DNA of 64,000 nt from assembly GCA_963764725.1 (NCBI GenBank), contig CAVXTM010000018.1, positions 256,001 through 320,000 on the forward strand, read 5' to 3'. The DNA comes from an uncultured Gammaproteobacteria bacterium (GTDB lineage: Bacteria; Pseudomonadota; Gammaproteobacteria; JACCXJ01). This document shows, piece by piece, positions 51,983-61,763 of the stretch. Below the pieces are notes generated by a model that worked only from the letters and a program-made list of their open reading frames with translations, was not told the DNA's origin and did no database searches. Made by a program: the position numbers and the translations under genes. Numbering within the stretch: the first letter of the stretch is position 1; each line of letters opens with the position of its first letter.

Positions 51983-53206
51983 TTACGTGATTTTCGAACG
52001 TTGTCCTGCTATACGCATCCGAAGTGCATTTAATTTTATGAAACCACCCGCGTCTTTTTGATCATAGGCTCCGGCATCGTCTTCGAAGGTCGCAATAGCG
52101 GTGTCGAAGAGACTGTCCGTGTCGGATTTCCGGCCCGTCACCATGACGGTGCCTTTATACAGCTTTAAACGCACGACGCCGTTCACGTGCGCCTGCGCCG
52201 CGTCAATTAATTCCTGCAACATACGGCGCTCGGGGCTCCACCAATAGCCGTTGTAGATCAGCGCGGCATAGCGGGGCATGAGATCGTCCTTTAGATGGGC
52301 CACCTCGCGGTCGAGCGTGAGCGATTCGATCGCGCGGTGCGCCTTGAGCAAAATCGTCCCGCCCGGCGTCTCGTAGCAGCCGCGTGACTTCATGCCGACG
52401 TAGCGGTTCTCTACGATATCAAGCCGCCCGATCCCATGCTCACCGCCTAAGTGATTCAGCGTCGCGAGCACCGCCGCCGGCGCCAGGCGGGTGCCATCAA
52501 TGGCCACGGCGTCACCGCTTTCGAAGGTCAATTCGACGTAACGCGGCTGGCCGGCGGCGGCCTCGGGCGATTTCGTCCAACGCCACATTGAGGGATCAGG
52601 CTCGACCCAGGGATTTTCGAGCTCGCCGCCCTCGTAGGAGATGTGCAAGAGGTTCGCATCCATGGAATAGGGCGCTTTCCTGCCGCTCGTACGCTCGACG
52701 GGTATCGCGTACCGCTCGGCATAGACGAGCAATTGCTCGCGGGAGGCAAGGTCCCACTCGCGCCACGGCGCGATGACCTTGATATCGGGCTTGAGCGCAT
52801 AGGCGCCGAGCTCGAAGCGCACCTGATCATTGCCCTTGCCGGTGGCGCCGTGAGCGATCGCGTTCGCCCCGGTCTCGCGCGCGATCTCGACCAGGCGCTT
52901 AGCGATGAGTGGCCGAGCGATCGAGGTCCCCAACAGATACTCGCCCTCGTAAATCGCGTTCGCGCGGAACATCGGAAACACAAAGTCACGCACGAATTCT
53001 TCCTTGAGATCGTCGATATAGATCTCCTTCACACCGAAAGCCTGCGCCTTCACGCGTGCGGGCTCGAGCTCTTCGCCCTGGCCGATGTCGGCCGTAAAAG
53101 TCACCACTTCACAGCGGTAGGTCTCCTGCAGCCACTTTAAAATCACGGAGGTATCGAGCCCGCCGGAATAGGCCAGCACGACTTTCTTAATCGATTCGTT
53201 CCTCAC
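51983..53206 (-). CDS. argG: Argininosuccinate synthase
   Basis: [32 protein letters not shown]; start GTG 53206 with GGAG RBS. Confidence 0.97.
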   Translation of the reverse strand: MRNESIKKVVLAYSGGLDTSVILKWLQETYRCEVVTFTADIGQGEELEPARVKAQAFGVKEIYIDDLKEEFVRDFVFPMFRANAIYEGEYLLGTSIARPLIAKRLVEIARETGANAIAHGATGKGNDQVRFELGAYALKPDIKVIAPWREWDLASREQLLVYAERYAIPVERTSGRKAPYSMDANLLHISYEGGELENPWVEPDPSMWRWTKSPEAAAGQPRYVELTFESGDAVAIDGTRLAPAAVLATLNHLGGEHGIGRLDIVENRYVGMKSRGCYETPGGTILLKAHRAIESLTLDREVAHLKDDLMPRYAALIYNGYWWSPERRMLQELIDAAQAHVNGVVRLKLYKGTVMVTGRKSDTDSLFDTAIATFEDDAGAYDQKDAGGFIKLNALRMRIAGQRSKIT

Positions 53207-53439
53207 ACGATTACTCCGAATCATCTGGTTGAGCCACACACAATCGCTTCCACCATTGTACACATCCGTGCCCCAATTCCCATGAAACGGGCCAAAATTA
53301 ATCGCGGCCTCTACGCATGCGGCTGGTATTGAGCGGCCTGTAGCGTTTTTACATGTATTTTCTGCGCAAGGCGCCGGTTGTTAGCTATAGCCTTATCGCC
53401 GTAGCTCGGCACCGCGCTTGCGCAAGCGTGGTAGGTTTC

Positions 53440-55911
53440 TTAGCTCAGCGGCGCTGTTACGCCGAGCAGAATGAATGCGCCCCAGTAATAGGGATGGTCA
53501 AAGGGATGGTATGAGTCGGGTTGTGTAAGGTATGGTTCGAGGGCAGCACGAACCGTCATCTTGTGATCGCTGAGGCGCTCAAATATCTTGGTATTAAACC
53601 ACCAATCGCGGAGCTGACCGATGGTGAGTTGCCGAAGGTAGCATTGTGCCTGCCGCAGGGCCTCATCGCGACGCATACGCGCATCGATCAGGTTCTCGTA
53701 CAACCGCGACATGAAGATCGCCGTCGGTAAGTCCGCGACTTTCCAAAGGCTCATGATGAGGGTTTTAGTTCCCGCCAGGATGAAGGCTCTCCGCAAGCCC
53801 AACACACCTTCTCCGATCGCGACATCACCCAGCCCCGTTTCGCAGGCCGACAGTACGACAAGCTCCGTGGCTAGCAAATCAAGACCGGCGACCTCTTCCG
53901 CTGTCAAAACCCCATCGTTCCCGTCTTCAGGTAAGACTTCCCGCGTGAAGACATGATTAGCGCCGGCAAGCGCGAGCCCCGAATGCAGTAGCGGGTTTTC
54001 CAGCGGGAATAACCAGGGTTCAGACTCACTAAACGGCAGGGCGGGATCCGAATGAGACCGGTGCTTATTCAAGAAAAACCCATGCGTTGCGAGGTGAAGG
54101 ATGCGCGGAGATCTCCGCCCCTTGAGATGTTTGACCAAGGCTGTTGAGCCGTGCCACAGCGGAACACCAAGCATACTGGCAATGATCTCACCTTCGATGC
54201 GTGTTCCCGGCAGTCGCTCGAAATACCACTGCTTATACCGAGCGTTTGGAGTCTGACGGTTCGACGCTTTATCGCCTGCATCCGGCCGTTCGCTCTCGGG
54301 TCCACCGCGGCCGCGCAACTTTCGAAGCAGTGCTTGGAATAGAGAACGGCTGCGGTGATACCCGTCGCGCCTTGAAAGGTCGAAGTCCGGATCCGCGATG
54401 ACCACGGGCGATGAAGCTAAGGTGCTCGATCCCGTTCGCGAGCGCAACAACTCCCGTCCGCTATCGAGGTAGCTTAGGCAGTAGTCGTCTGCTAAGAACC
54501 GGGTCCCACTGTCTAGAGGTAAAGCTTCAAAAGGTAGCCGAGTGAGCTCCCCATCTGTCGCCAGGATCACGCGCGATCTGTCTCCAATGATGCGCCGTAT
54601 AGGGTCAAAGAGCGCTGCACGTAAGGCTAGTCCCGGCGATTCCATTAGCGCCGTCGATGGTTCCTCGTCGGAAACCAAACCACGATACTGTACATTCGCG
54701 CACCCAATGACGCATGAGCGGAATCGACTAATGAGCCGATCAATCGTAACAGCATCGCCAAGGTCTATTATTCGGACTGCCTGAGGCGCGTCGGCTAGCA
54801 GAATTAACGCCGCATAGCGATACTCCTGCCACAGGTTATTTTCGTGGATTTGCATAGAAGCAACGTCGTATCGGCGGAACTTCACAAACTCGACCAAGGC
54901 GCTGCTTGATGGCAGGGCCGATGCTACGGCATGCAGGCTAATGACGCCTAGCGTCTCTTCAAATGGGGTTACGTCGGAAATCTCCCGCGACAATGCCGCT
55001 TCCTCTTCCCGTCGCTCCGTCTGCCGATTCTGCAGGTCCCGGTAATGCGTATCCGGCGATTCGTTCGCGGACGAGCAGCGAAGGGCCTTCCGTGCGATTT
55101 GCTGGCGGAGCAGCCGGTAAGCTTCTAACCGAGGTTGAATGGGCAACTTACGTTCAGACATCAACGCAACACGCCGGACTAGCGACAATTCGAGACCGAG
55201 CGCCTTACGTCGGAAGATGATCTCCAGCAGCACTCCGGGTGCGTCCGGTGAGCCCGGGAAATACCGCAATGCGATGGAAAGGAACAGATAGTATCCTTGA
55301 CGTATCGATTCAACGCACGCCGTCTGGTCTCGCTCGGAACCCCGGGAAACGACTCGGCTGATCATCTGGTCACGTGCGGTTTCCGAATCCCACATGGCAG
55401 CTAGAGCTTCTCGAACACGACCGGTTATGGCGTATACCCACGCTAGATCGGTCAGGATACTTGCGATAGCCGCCGGATCGTGCAATCGTTTGTAACGATC
55501 CAGGGCTTGCCGGTAGAGTATCTCAGCCTCGGAAAAATTACCCATAGCCCTATGGACTGTGGCCAGGTTGCTGAGACTCATAAGGTACAGAGGGCCGTCT
55601 TCCCCGGCCGTGGCGCGCGAGATGTCTATGACCTGCTGGTGTAGTGTCGTGGCTTCTTTGTAACGTCCCATTGCCACATAAGCTAAAGCAAGATTGTTTA
55701 TACTTTCAGCATAACCGGGATGGGATGGACCATACATCGCAAGGAGCATGTCACTGGCCTCGCGGTAGCGCTTCTCGGCCTGCGCATGGTCTCCTTCCGC
55801 AAGTAGCACATCGGCCTGACGCTGCAGATTTTCCGCGCGCTCAACAGATGGGGCTAACATATGCACATTTGCATCATTCACATCGCCCCATTGCGTGTGC
55901 GCAGTCCCCAA
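53440..55911 (-). CDS. TPR-CHAT (caspase-like) protease
   Basis: N-terminal kinesin-light-chain-type TPRs (HPGYAESINNLA). CHAT dyad ILHLATHGFF (His) and LVVLSACETG (Cys). C-terminal HPYYWGAF. Confidence 0.92.
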   Translation of the reverse strand: MGTAHTQWGDVNDANVHMLAPSVERAENLQRQADVLLAEGDHAQAEKRYREASDMLLAMYGPSHPGYAESINNLALAYVAMGRYKEATTLHQQVIDISRATAGEDGPLYLMSLSNLATVHRAMGNFSEAEILYRQALDRYKRLHDPAAIASILTDLAWVYAITGRVREALAAMWDSETARDQMISRVVSRGSERDQTACVESIRQGYYLFLSIALRYFPGSPDAPGVLLEIIFRRKALGLELSLVRRVALMSERKLPIQPRLEAYRLLRQQIARKALRCSSANESPDTHYRDLQNRQTERREEEAALSREISDVTPFEETLGVISLHAVASALPSSSALVEFVKFRRYDVASMQIHENNLWQEYRYAALILLADAPQAVRIIDLGDAVTIDRLISRFRSCVIGCANVQYRGLVSDEEPSTALMESPGLALRAALFDPIRRIIGDRSRVILATDGELTRLPFEALPLDSGTRFLADDYCLSYLDSGRELLRSRTGSSTLASSPVVIADPDFDLSRRDGYHRSRSLFQALLRKLRGRGGPESERPDAGDKASNRQTPNARYKQWYFERLPGTRIEGEIIASMLGVPLWHGSTALVKHLKGRRSPRILHLATHGFFLNKHRSHSDPALPFSESEPWLFPLENPLLHSGLALAGANHVFTREVLPEDGNDGVLTAEEVAGLDLLATELVVLSACETGLGDVAIGEGVLGLRRAFILAGTKTLIMSLWKVADLPTAIFMSRLYENLIDARMRRDEALRQAQCYLRQLTIGQLRDWWFNTKIFERLSDHKMTVRAALEPYLTQPDSYHPFDHPYYWGAFILLGVTAPLS

Positions 55912-56712
55912 TCAAAGCACTTCGTAGTCTTTTCTGAGCAGTTGCCAAAGCGTTTTTGGGGTCTGGGCTATATGGGTAGCCAAGCGGTCGAGTGCATCCG
56001 CCCGGCATCCTTGCATAAGACCTGCGTATAGATCATCGGTAAGGGGGGAGCCCGTGATCAAAACCAAAACGCTTTGCGGTCCTACCGGACCGGCAACTTT
56101 TAAGGTTTTCTCCGGCGCCCTTTGCGGGACTAGCAACGTAGGAGAATTTAGCTGCGCATTTGGCGCCAATGCGGATGGGCAAAGACAAGTGGTTTTAGCA
56201 CGGTCCACACTCAGCAACACTGCGTAGCTATGGCCGCGTTGTGAGTTTTCATTCCATTCGTCAGTCAAGGTAAGTGAAATATACAGCCGTTCACCTAATT
56301 GAAACTGTTCAAGCGGTTCGTCATCGTCAGCGATCAGACCGCGTGACTGAGCTTCCAGCTCTAAACGATGCTCTTGACGCACGAGATGAATCGCATCCGA
56401 GGTAGCTGCCTGCGCTAGCAGTTGCGGCCAAGGCCCGTCCCGTAATGGCGATGAGTGCAGTAAGGCCTTGAATTCCTCTAGCGAGTCGATCTCCAGCCAC
56501 TGCATGGGTACCTCAAATAGATCCGTGATACGCTTGATATGCCGGCTCGGCACCAGCTCCCGCGCACGGACCTCATTGCCGTTGATCCAGATCGAGATGT
56601 TGTTCGGTGCGATCCCGAGATGCTCCGCGAGGAGCTCGTGCGTGTTCACGCGCTCGTGGCGCTGATACAAACACTGTAGCTTCTTGGCTAGGCTTGGAAC
56701 ATGTAGGGGCAT
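55912..56712 (-). CDS. XRE-like HTH + DUF4384-like domain protein
   Basis: HELLAEHLGIAPNNISIWING HTH; C-terminal FQLGERLYISL...LCPS...VPQ...GPVGPQSVLVLITGSPL resembles DUF4384. Its stop abuts the CHAT start; alternative start 56736. Confidence 0.7.
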   Translation of the reverse strand: MPLHVPSLAKKLQCLYQRHERVNTHELLAEHLGIAPNNISIWINGNEVRARELVPSRHIKRITDLFEVPMQWLEIDSLEEFKALLHSSPLRDGPWPQLLAQAATSDAIHLVRQEHRLELEAQSRGLIADDDEPLEQFQLGERLYISLTLTDEWNENSQRGHSYAVLLSVDRAKTTCLCPSALAPNAQLNSPTLLVPQRAPEKTLKVAGPVGPQSVLVLITGSPLTDDLYAGLMQGCRADALDRLATHIAQTPKTLWQLLRKDYEVL

Positions 56713-56880
56713 GACCTTACGCTTCTCGGAGCTCAATACGACAGAATCCTGCGGCCCGGTGTCACCCGTTCAGTCCGGTATTATGCGCCCGTGTTGCTGG
56801 TATCCTCCTCGTGTAAGGCAGGATTATAGGACCCGAGCGCGGGAGATCAATGTAAAAATTCGACATTTCTAAGCTGCCAC

Positions 56881-57840
56881 TCACTGGTTTGGTACCTGCT
56901 TCAATCGCTCCGCAGCGATGACGCGAACGGTCTCATCCGCGTCCGAAAGCGCCTTCTCGAGCAGCGCTTCGCCCTCCTTGCCGGGAGCCACGCTGTCCAC
57001 AGCGACGATCCGCACACCTGGGTCTGGGTCCTCCAACGCTTGCCAGAGCTGGCCCATGGCTTCCGGCCCGCCGCGGCTCACCAGGGCTTGATGCGCCGCA
57101 CTACGCACGCTAGGGTCCTTGTCGCTGAGCGCCGCGTCGAGGGTGTTGCGAACCTCCGGCTCGTCCGATTTACCGCTTTGCCCCAGCGCCGAGACCGCTT
57201 CGGCACGCATGGCGGGATCGTCATGCTCCGCCATCTTCGTGTAGTGTTGGATGACATCGTTCTCATCGAGCATCGAATCACTCGCGTCACCTTCGGATTC
57301 AACTGTACTCGGCTGCTCTTCCGGCATCGGTATGGCACCGTGCGCTGGCGCATGAGCTCCGTGCCGCGCGGACGCACTGCCTCCTTCTTCAAGCTGTCCA
57401 AGGATCCAGACCTCCTTCGGTGCGGACGGCGATCCTGACCCGTTTGGAGGATACCGAAAAATAAAACTCGCTTCCGGTCCGAACAGTCGAGCCATGGCTG
57501 GCTCAAAGGAAAGGCCGGTAAAGGACGCGGTGACCGATCCTTGAAACGGGTGGGCGTGATGAAACCGGATCCCGGTCCGCGCTTGGATCGCGTCCAGCAC
57601 ATCTTTCCAGGAGCTGTGCGCCGCCTGCAGGCTTAGCCGGCCGTTTTCAAAACGTACGCTCGGCACCGTGTCGACGGTCACCGGGGATCTCGATAGCGCT
57701 TCCTCGTTAGCGTTCGCACTGGCTAGCGTCGTGAGCAGCCCCGTCGTAACGAGCATGGCAACGAACGCCAGTGCGCGATTAGGCTTACTCCCGCAGTCTC
57801 GGTTTTTCGATAAGGCATTGATTCGGGCGACAGGGTTCAT
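56881..57840 (-). CDS. Exported protein with secretin-N0/STN-like domain and HEAT repeats
   Basis: Signal peptide (..ASANA), LSLQA...WKDVLDAIQARTGIRF, then four HEAT repeats of the form D.DP.VR..A. Confidence 0.75.
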   Translation of the reverse strand: MNPVARINALSKNRDCGSKPNRALAFVAMLVTTGLLTTLASANANEEALSRSPVTVDTVPSVRFENGRLSLQAAHSSWKDVLDAIQARTGIRFHHAHPFQGSVTASFTGLSFEPAMARLFGPEASFIFRYPPNGSGSPSAPKEVWILGQLEEGGSASARHGAHAPAHGAIPMPEEQPSTVESEGDASDSMLDENDVIQHYTKMAEHDDPAMRAEAVSALGQSGKSDEPEVRNTLDAALSDKDPSVRSAAHQALVSRGGPEAMGQLWQALEDPDPGVRIVAVDSVAPGKEGEALLEKALSDADETVRVIAAERLKQVPNQ

Positions 57841-57863
57841 AAGTCGTGACCTACTTCTTGTTA

Positions 57864-57902
57864 GGGGCCGGCCGCCGTCCCTAAAACCGGGCCGGCGGCC
57901 CC
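57864..57902 (-). terminator. GC-rich hairpin downstream of secreted paralog 4
   Basis: GGGGCCGGCCG...CCGGCGGCCCC imperfect stem; no clear U-tract. Confidence 0.4.
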
Positions 57903-57915
57903 AGCTTACCCTGCG

Positions 57916-58371
57916 CTACTGGTCCTGAACGAGCGTTGCTTGATCCCCGGCAAAGCGATTGCCGTTGGCGTCATGGCAGTCTACCGTGAGGGTATACCCC
58001 TCGAAACCTTCGCCGTCTTTGTGGACCATACCCAGGTAACTGCCTGGTCCGCCCGCCAAGATCGCTTCAGGAGACAAACCTCCATTTACACCGCTCTCGG
58101 TGACGGCACTCCCATGGGGGTTAATGACCTGTACGCTGAGCTGTACTACGTCATTGTTACCTTCGTTGATTTTCGCTCGTGCCGTACTGGTCTCCGGAGG
58201 GCAAGCGAGGAGATACACGTCGGTGGCACCGATCTTATCCGTGGTCGGATCGTTGCTACCGATCCCTCTGGCAGTAGGACCATCTCCCGCCGCATACGCG
58301 GAGAAGGCGCCGCCTATTCCGGCGACTAACGATACCGCCGCGGTCATACATCTAAGTGTCTTCGTATTCAT
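57916..58371 (-). CDS. Secreted two-Cys beta-rich protein, paralog 4
   Basis: MNTKTL signal peptide, TDVYLLAC, GPGSYL...K...EGY...C, ends QDQ; RBS AGGAG. Confidence 0.8.
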   Translation of the reverse strand: MNTKTLRCMTAAVSLVAGIGGAFSAYAAGDGPTARGIGSNDPTTDKIGATDVYLLACPPETSTARAKINEGNNDVVQLSVQVINPHGSAVTESGVNGGLSPEAILAGGPGSYLGMVHKDGEGFEGYTLTVDCHDANGNRFAGDQATLVQDQ

Positions 58372-58427
58372 GATAAGTTTCTCCTTCCGTTAGCAAGCTA
58401 ACGAATGATCTATTAAGTAGCAATTAT

Positions 58428-58627
58428 GCTGGGGCATCCCTCCGTGGGCACTTCAGCGTGAAAAGCGAAAGCCAGGCTTTTGCTTCTCTCTGGTGATTCT
58501 CAATCCATTCTCGATTGAAAAATCTGGGTCCCTTCCTGGTGCCGCTTGCGATCTAACTCAAGCAGTGATCCCAGAATATCGAGGGTCGGCGGAGGGAGCT
58601 ATTGCAGGAACTTGAGGATTATTGAGG
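58428..58627 (-). repeat. Conserved ~200-bp upstream leader, copy A
   Basis: Shares identical blocks with 59405-59606: 58435-58479, 58526-58568 and 58599-58627. Confidence 0.9.
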
Positions 58628-58823
58628 TTATCTTTCGCAGACGGTGAAAGCTCGGTTGGGCTGGATGCAATGAACCCCAACAGAATCCGGCGCCGCCACC
58701 ACTTGCAGCATATGGAGATGTCTGGCTGTTGGGGTTCGTACCTCAGCCCAACGAGCTACCGCGGTCGCCGATAAGGCATTGACACGGGCGACAGGGAGCA
58801 TGAGTCGTAACCTACTTCTTTTT
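58628..58823 (-). pseudogene. Degenerate duplicate of the 5' end of the HEAT-repeat gene
   Basis: 58771-58823 resembles 57810-57863; MLPVARVNALS versus MNPVARINALS. Confidence 0.65.
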
Positions 58824-58867
58824 AGAAAAGCGTCGAGAACGATCATCTCACTGGGGCCGTACCCGCC

Positions 58868-58904
58868 TCGGGCCGCTGGCCCAGATTTAGGGACAGCGGC
58901 CCGA
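58868..58904 (-). terminator. Hairpin downstream of secreted paralog 3
   Basis: TCGGGCCGCTG...CAGCGGCCCGA, 11-bp stem. Confidence 0.5.
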
Positions 58905-58914
58905 ATTGGACCCA

Positions 58915-59355
58915 CTACTGGTTTATCCGCCGCGTTAAGCCTGCGACCGGGGCAAGAACCGCCCCGTTAGTGCAAAACGCTTCGCCGGTATAACCTTCAG
59001 CGCCACCGCCGGTCTTCTTGAAGGCCATCGTGTAGCCGACTGGCCCATCAGAGACCGCGGCAAATCCGGACGCCGCACCACCCTCGGTGTCTGTCGCTTG
59101 GGCAGTCGGATTGCCATCGTGTCCCAACACCACTTGCACAGCAGCGGCGGCATTGTTGGGTCCGTTATCCAACACCCTGGCTACGGCACCCAGAGCGGCC
59201 GGCCCACAGGTGAAGGTCCAGACGTCGATACCGTTCGCCACAACAACCCCCAGCGCCTGCTGGCCGGTCGTTGTTGCAAGTGCGGGGGAGGCGGCGCCGA
59301 TGCCGATGAGCAACGATGCCGCTGCGGTCATACCTTTTAGTGTCTTCGTATTCAT
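58915..59355 (-). CDS. Secreted two-Cys beta-rich protein, paralog 3
   Basis: MNTKTL signal peptide (SPALA), IDVWTFTC, GPVGY...KKT...EGYTG...C, ends INQ. Confidence 0.8.
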   Translation of the reverse strand: MNTKTLKGMTAAASLLIGIGAASPALATTTGQQALGVVVANGIDVWTFTCGPAALGAVARVLDNGPNNAAAAVQVVLGHDGNPTAQATDTEGGAASGFAAVSDGPVGYTMAFKKTGGGAEGYTGEAFCTNGAVLAPVAGLTRRINQ

Positions 59356-59404
59356 AATATTACTCCGTCAATGTAGTGAGACTAATGTATTTCAGTGATT
59401 TAAT

Positions 59405-59606
59405 TGCTGAGACATCCCTCCGTGGGCACTTCAGCGTGAAAAGCGAAAGCCAGGCTTCAGCTTTTCTCTGTTGTATCTCGATCTTCGCGCGATCGAAAAA
59501 ACTCGGGTCCCTTCCTGGTGCCGCTTGCGATCTAACTCAAGCAGTGAGGGCAGAATATCGAGGGGCGATCGATCCGACTATTGCAGGAACTTGAGGATTA
59601 TTGAGG
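59405..59606 (-). repeat. Conserved ~200-bp upstream leader, copy B
   Basis: Identical blocks 59413-59457, 59505-59547 and 59578-59606 match copy A. Confidence 0.9.
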
Positions 59607-59640
59607 ATGGGCGGTACCGGCACGCGCGGGGCCGCGGCCG

Positions 59641-59796
59641 CACCAGGCCTATCGGCGCCGGGGCAGGGAAAGAAGCGGCGTGCTGCCGGACTTTTTCATC
59701 GGTGCCCACGCGGCCGTCCTCAGAGCACCATTACTGACGCGCGATGTGCATCGCTTTCAAAGCTATTTTCCGAGCGTTCGGCTGGTAACGCCATAA
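59641..59796 (+). pseudogene. PIN/VapC toxin C-terminal remnant
   Basis: HQAYRRRGRERSGVLPDFFIGAHAAVLRAPLLTRDVHRFQSYFPSVRLVTP*; absent from the ORF track because it has no start. Confidence 0.75.
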
Positions 59797-59855
59797 CGCG
59801 CGTGCGGGGCCTGCGTGCGTTCCGCGGAATGACAGCCGGCCGAAGCCACCCATGC

Positions 59856-59886
59856 GGCGGATCGCCCTACGGGGCATCCACCCTAC
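59856..59886 (-). repeat. GTAG-type REP element
   Basis: GTAGGGTGGATGCCCCGTAGGGCGATCCGCC. Confidence 0.65.
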
Positions 59887-60249
59887 GGGCCCTTTGAGAT
59901 AACGGGCACGCGGGGCGAGATGGTGGAAAGCTCAGTACCGAGGATCTCGGCGCGATACGTTACGCCCTATTGCAGGAAGCCGGCTGGATGGGTAACCCCG
60001 TTAAACCTATTTCGAGGCCGCCAAGCGCACACAAGCCTAGGAATCTCTTCGGCGCCGAACACATGCTCCGCGTCCAAAATCTCGATACCAACAAGGCTTC
60101 ACCCGGTCCGATATTCAGCGCGACCTGATCATTCAGCCTCCGAGCATTGCTCCATGGCATGCTTGGTCAGGCGAATCGCTTTCATCGGATCATTGTAGGC
60201 CCGCCGAGCGCCCCACCAACCTACGAGGTAGCACCGGGTAAAGAGCCGC

Positions 60250-60383
60250 GTGTTACCCGGACTTTTTCATCGGTGGCCGCGCGGGCTATCTCATCAGCGG
60301 AGATCGCGACGCTCAATCCGTTTCAGGAAATCCTTATCGTCACCCCGATGGCCTATCTGGAGTTGGGGAAGCAGGGAGTGTAG
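60250..60383 (+). pseudogene. Second PIN-domain remnant (degenerate, possibly chimeric)
   Basis: DFFIG...YLISGDRD then LNPFQEILIVTP across frameshifts; shares CCGGACTTTTTCATCGGTG with 59686-59704. Confidence 0.5.
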
Positions 60384-60667
60384 CGAGCCTACTCCCATGC
60401 TCGCCGTCCTGCTGGTCCAATGCATGCTAAGTATCGGCCCTCAATTGGTTTATCACAAAGCATTATCTGGAAATTTACCCCAGCCCCGATGCGTGCGATC
60501 CGCACGTACGGATCTAAACCGTGGGTGCTGGTAACCGGCACCCGTCTCAACTGAGACTATGCGTTTGCTACATCGCTGGCCCGATGTGATAACACAAGAC
60601 CTGGCACCTCACGTACGCTGCCCTTCTGGCAGTGGTCCGAACTCGAAAGATTCAGTGGTCTTGTACT

Positions 60668-61134
60668 TTAGTCATTGTCTCGTACGTTAGTCCAATTTTC
60701 TGGATCCGAGCTCATGCCTCCGGCTGTCCTACAATCCACAGATCCTCGGTAATTCTCCCGTCCGCTAGCCGTTTTCAAAAAAACCGCGAGATAGAGGCCG
60801 GGCCCCTTGACTAGGACGGCATAAGGGGATGGGGACGGTGGCGACGTAGGGCCTTCGCCTGCAGGTGCGGGGTCCACGTCCGTGACCTGGGCGGCGCCGC
60901 CTCCCTTCGCCAGCATCACTCTCATCCGGGCCGGCGTATTGTTGGGTGGCAGATCTTGAACGTTGGCTTGAGCGCTGACAGCGGGCGTAGAACACCTGAA
61001 AGTAAAGGCGTCGGTAGCCGTCGCCTCCTCTCCTAACGATTCGTCGATGGTAGTCGCTAGGACGGGAAATGCGCCGCCCATTCCGAGGGAGAGAGCTACC
61101 GCCACACCTAAAGCTTTCATCGTTTCGTCTTCAT
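60668..61134 (-). CDS. Secreted two-Cys beta-rich protein, paralog 2
   Basis: TDAFTFRC, GPGLYLAVFLKTAS...ENYRG...C. The likely true start ATG 61134 (MKTK) is one base out of frame in an A-run; in-frame ATG at 61120. Confidence 0.78.
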
Positions 61135-61289
61135 GATTAGTTACCCCTACCGTTAGCGAGAGGCTAACGGTTCGTCATTCGAAAACAATTCGGTTCTATT
61201 TTGTCTCCTCCAGGTGCCTTCGAGTCAATAGTGCATAGCAAGCCCTCGGCCCGCTAGGCACCCGTGACACCCATGCGCTTTTGGTCGAT

Positions 61290-61763
61290 TTACTGGAACT
61301 GAGTCTGTTGAGGAGCAACCACTCCTGCGACGTCGCCACCGCTAGCGTTAAGGCATCTGATCCGGCCGGTGTAGCTTTCTTCGTTGGAAGCCGTCTTAAG
61401 GAAATGCACTTGGTAGAGACCGGCACCGTCTCCTCGCCTGGTCTCTGGCGAAGATCCACCGCCTTCCCCGGTACCTGCGGGGGTTGCGTCTTCTGCCAGG
61501 ATGGAGGATGGATTAGGAAACTTGATCAAAAATACTCTCATCTTTGCGGTGTTATTCACAGGCGCAGGATCGACGACATCCCAAACCCAAGCTTTAGCGT
61601 TGTTGGTTCCATTGATTCCACTCAGGCAGTTGATCGTAAAGACATCTACGGCGTTCTGGCTTACGCCAAGTGTTCCAGCGACATCGAAGGCACGCACCGC
61701 CGACGCGGTGGCCATACCGACGACTAGCGTTACTGCAGCACCTATCAACATCTTTGTATTCAT
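61290..61763 (-). CDS. Secreted two-Cys beta-rich protein, paralog 1
   Basis: MNTKML signal peptide (AVRA), VDVFTINC, GAGLYQVHFLKTAS...ESYTG...C, ends QFQ; RBS GGAGG. Confidence 0.8.
   Translation of the reverse strand: MNTKMLIGAAVTLVVGMATASAVRAFDVAGTLGVSQNAVDVFTINCLSGINGTNNAKAWVWDVVDPAPVNNTAKMRVFLIKFPNPSSILAEDATPAGTGEGGGSSPETRRGDGAGLYQVHFLKTASNEESYTGRIRCLNASGGDVAGVVAPQQTQFQ

Noticed and set aside
58255-58275. ARGIG in secreted paralog 4 as another RGL-like cleavage site
   Set aside because: It lacks the acidic run, is absent from the other paralogs, and the protein is exported away from the predicted cytoplasmic protease.
58428-59606. CRISPR array or CRISPR-linked Craspase interpretation of the repeats near the TPR-CHAT gene
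   Set aside because: Only two long copies separated by a gene, no repeat-spacer periodicity and no cas genes in the window.
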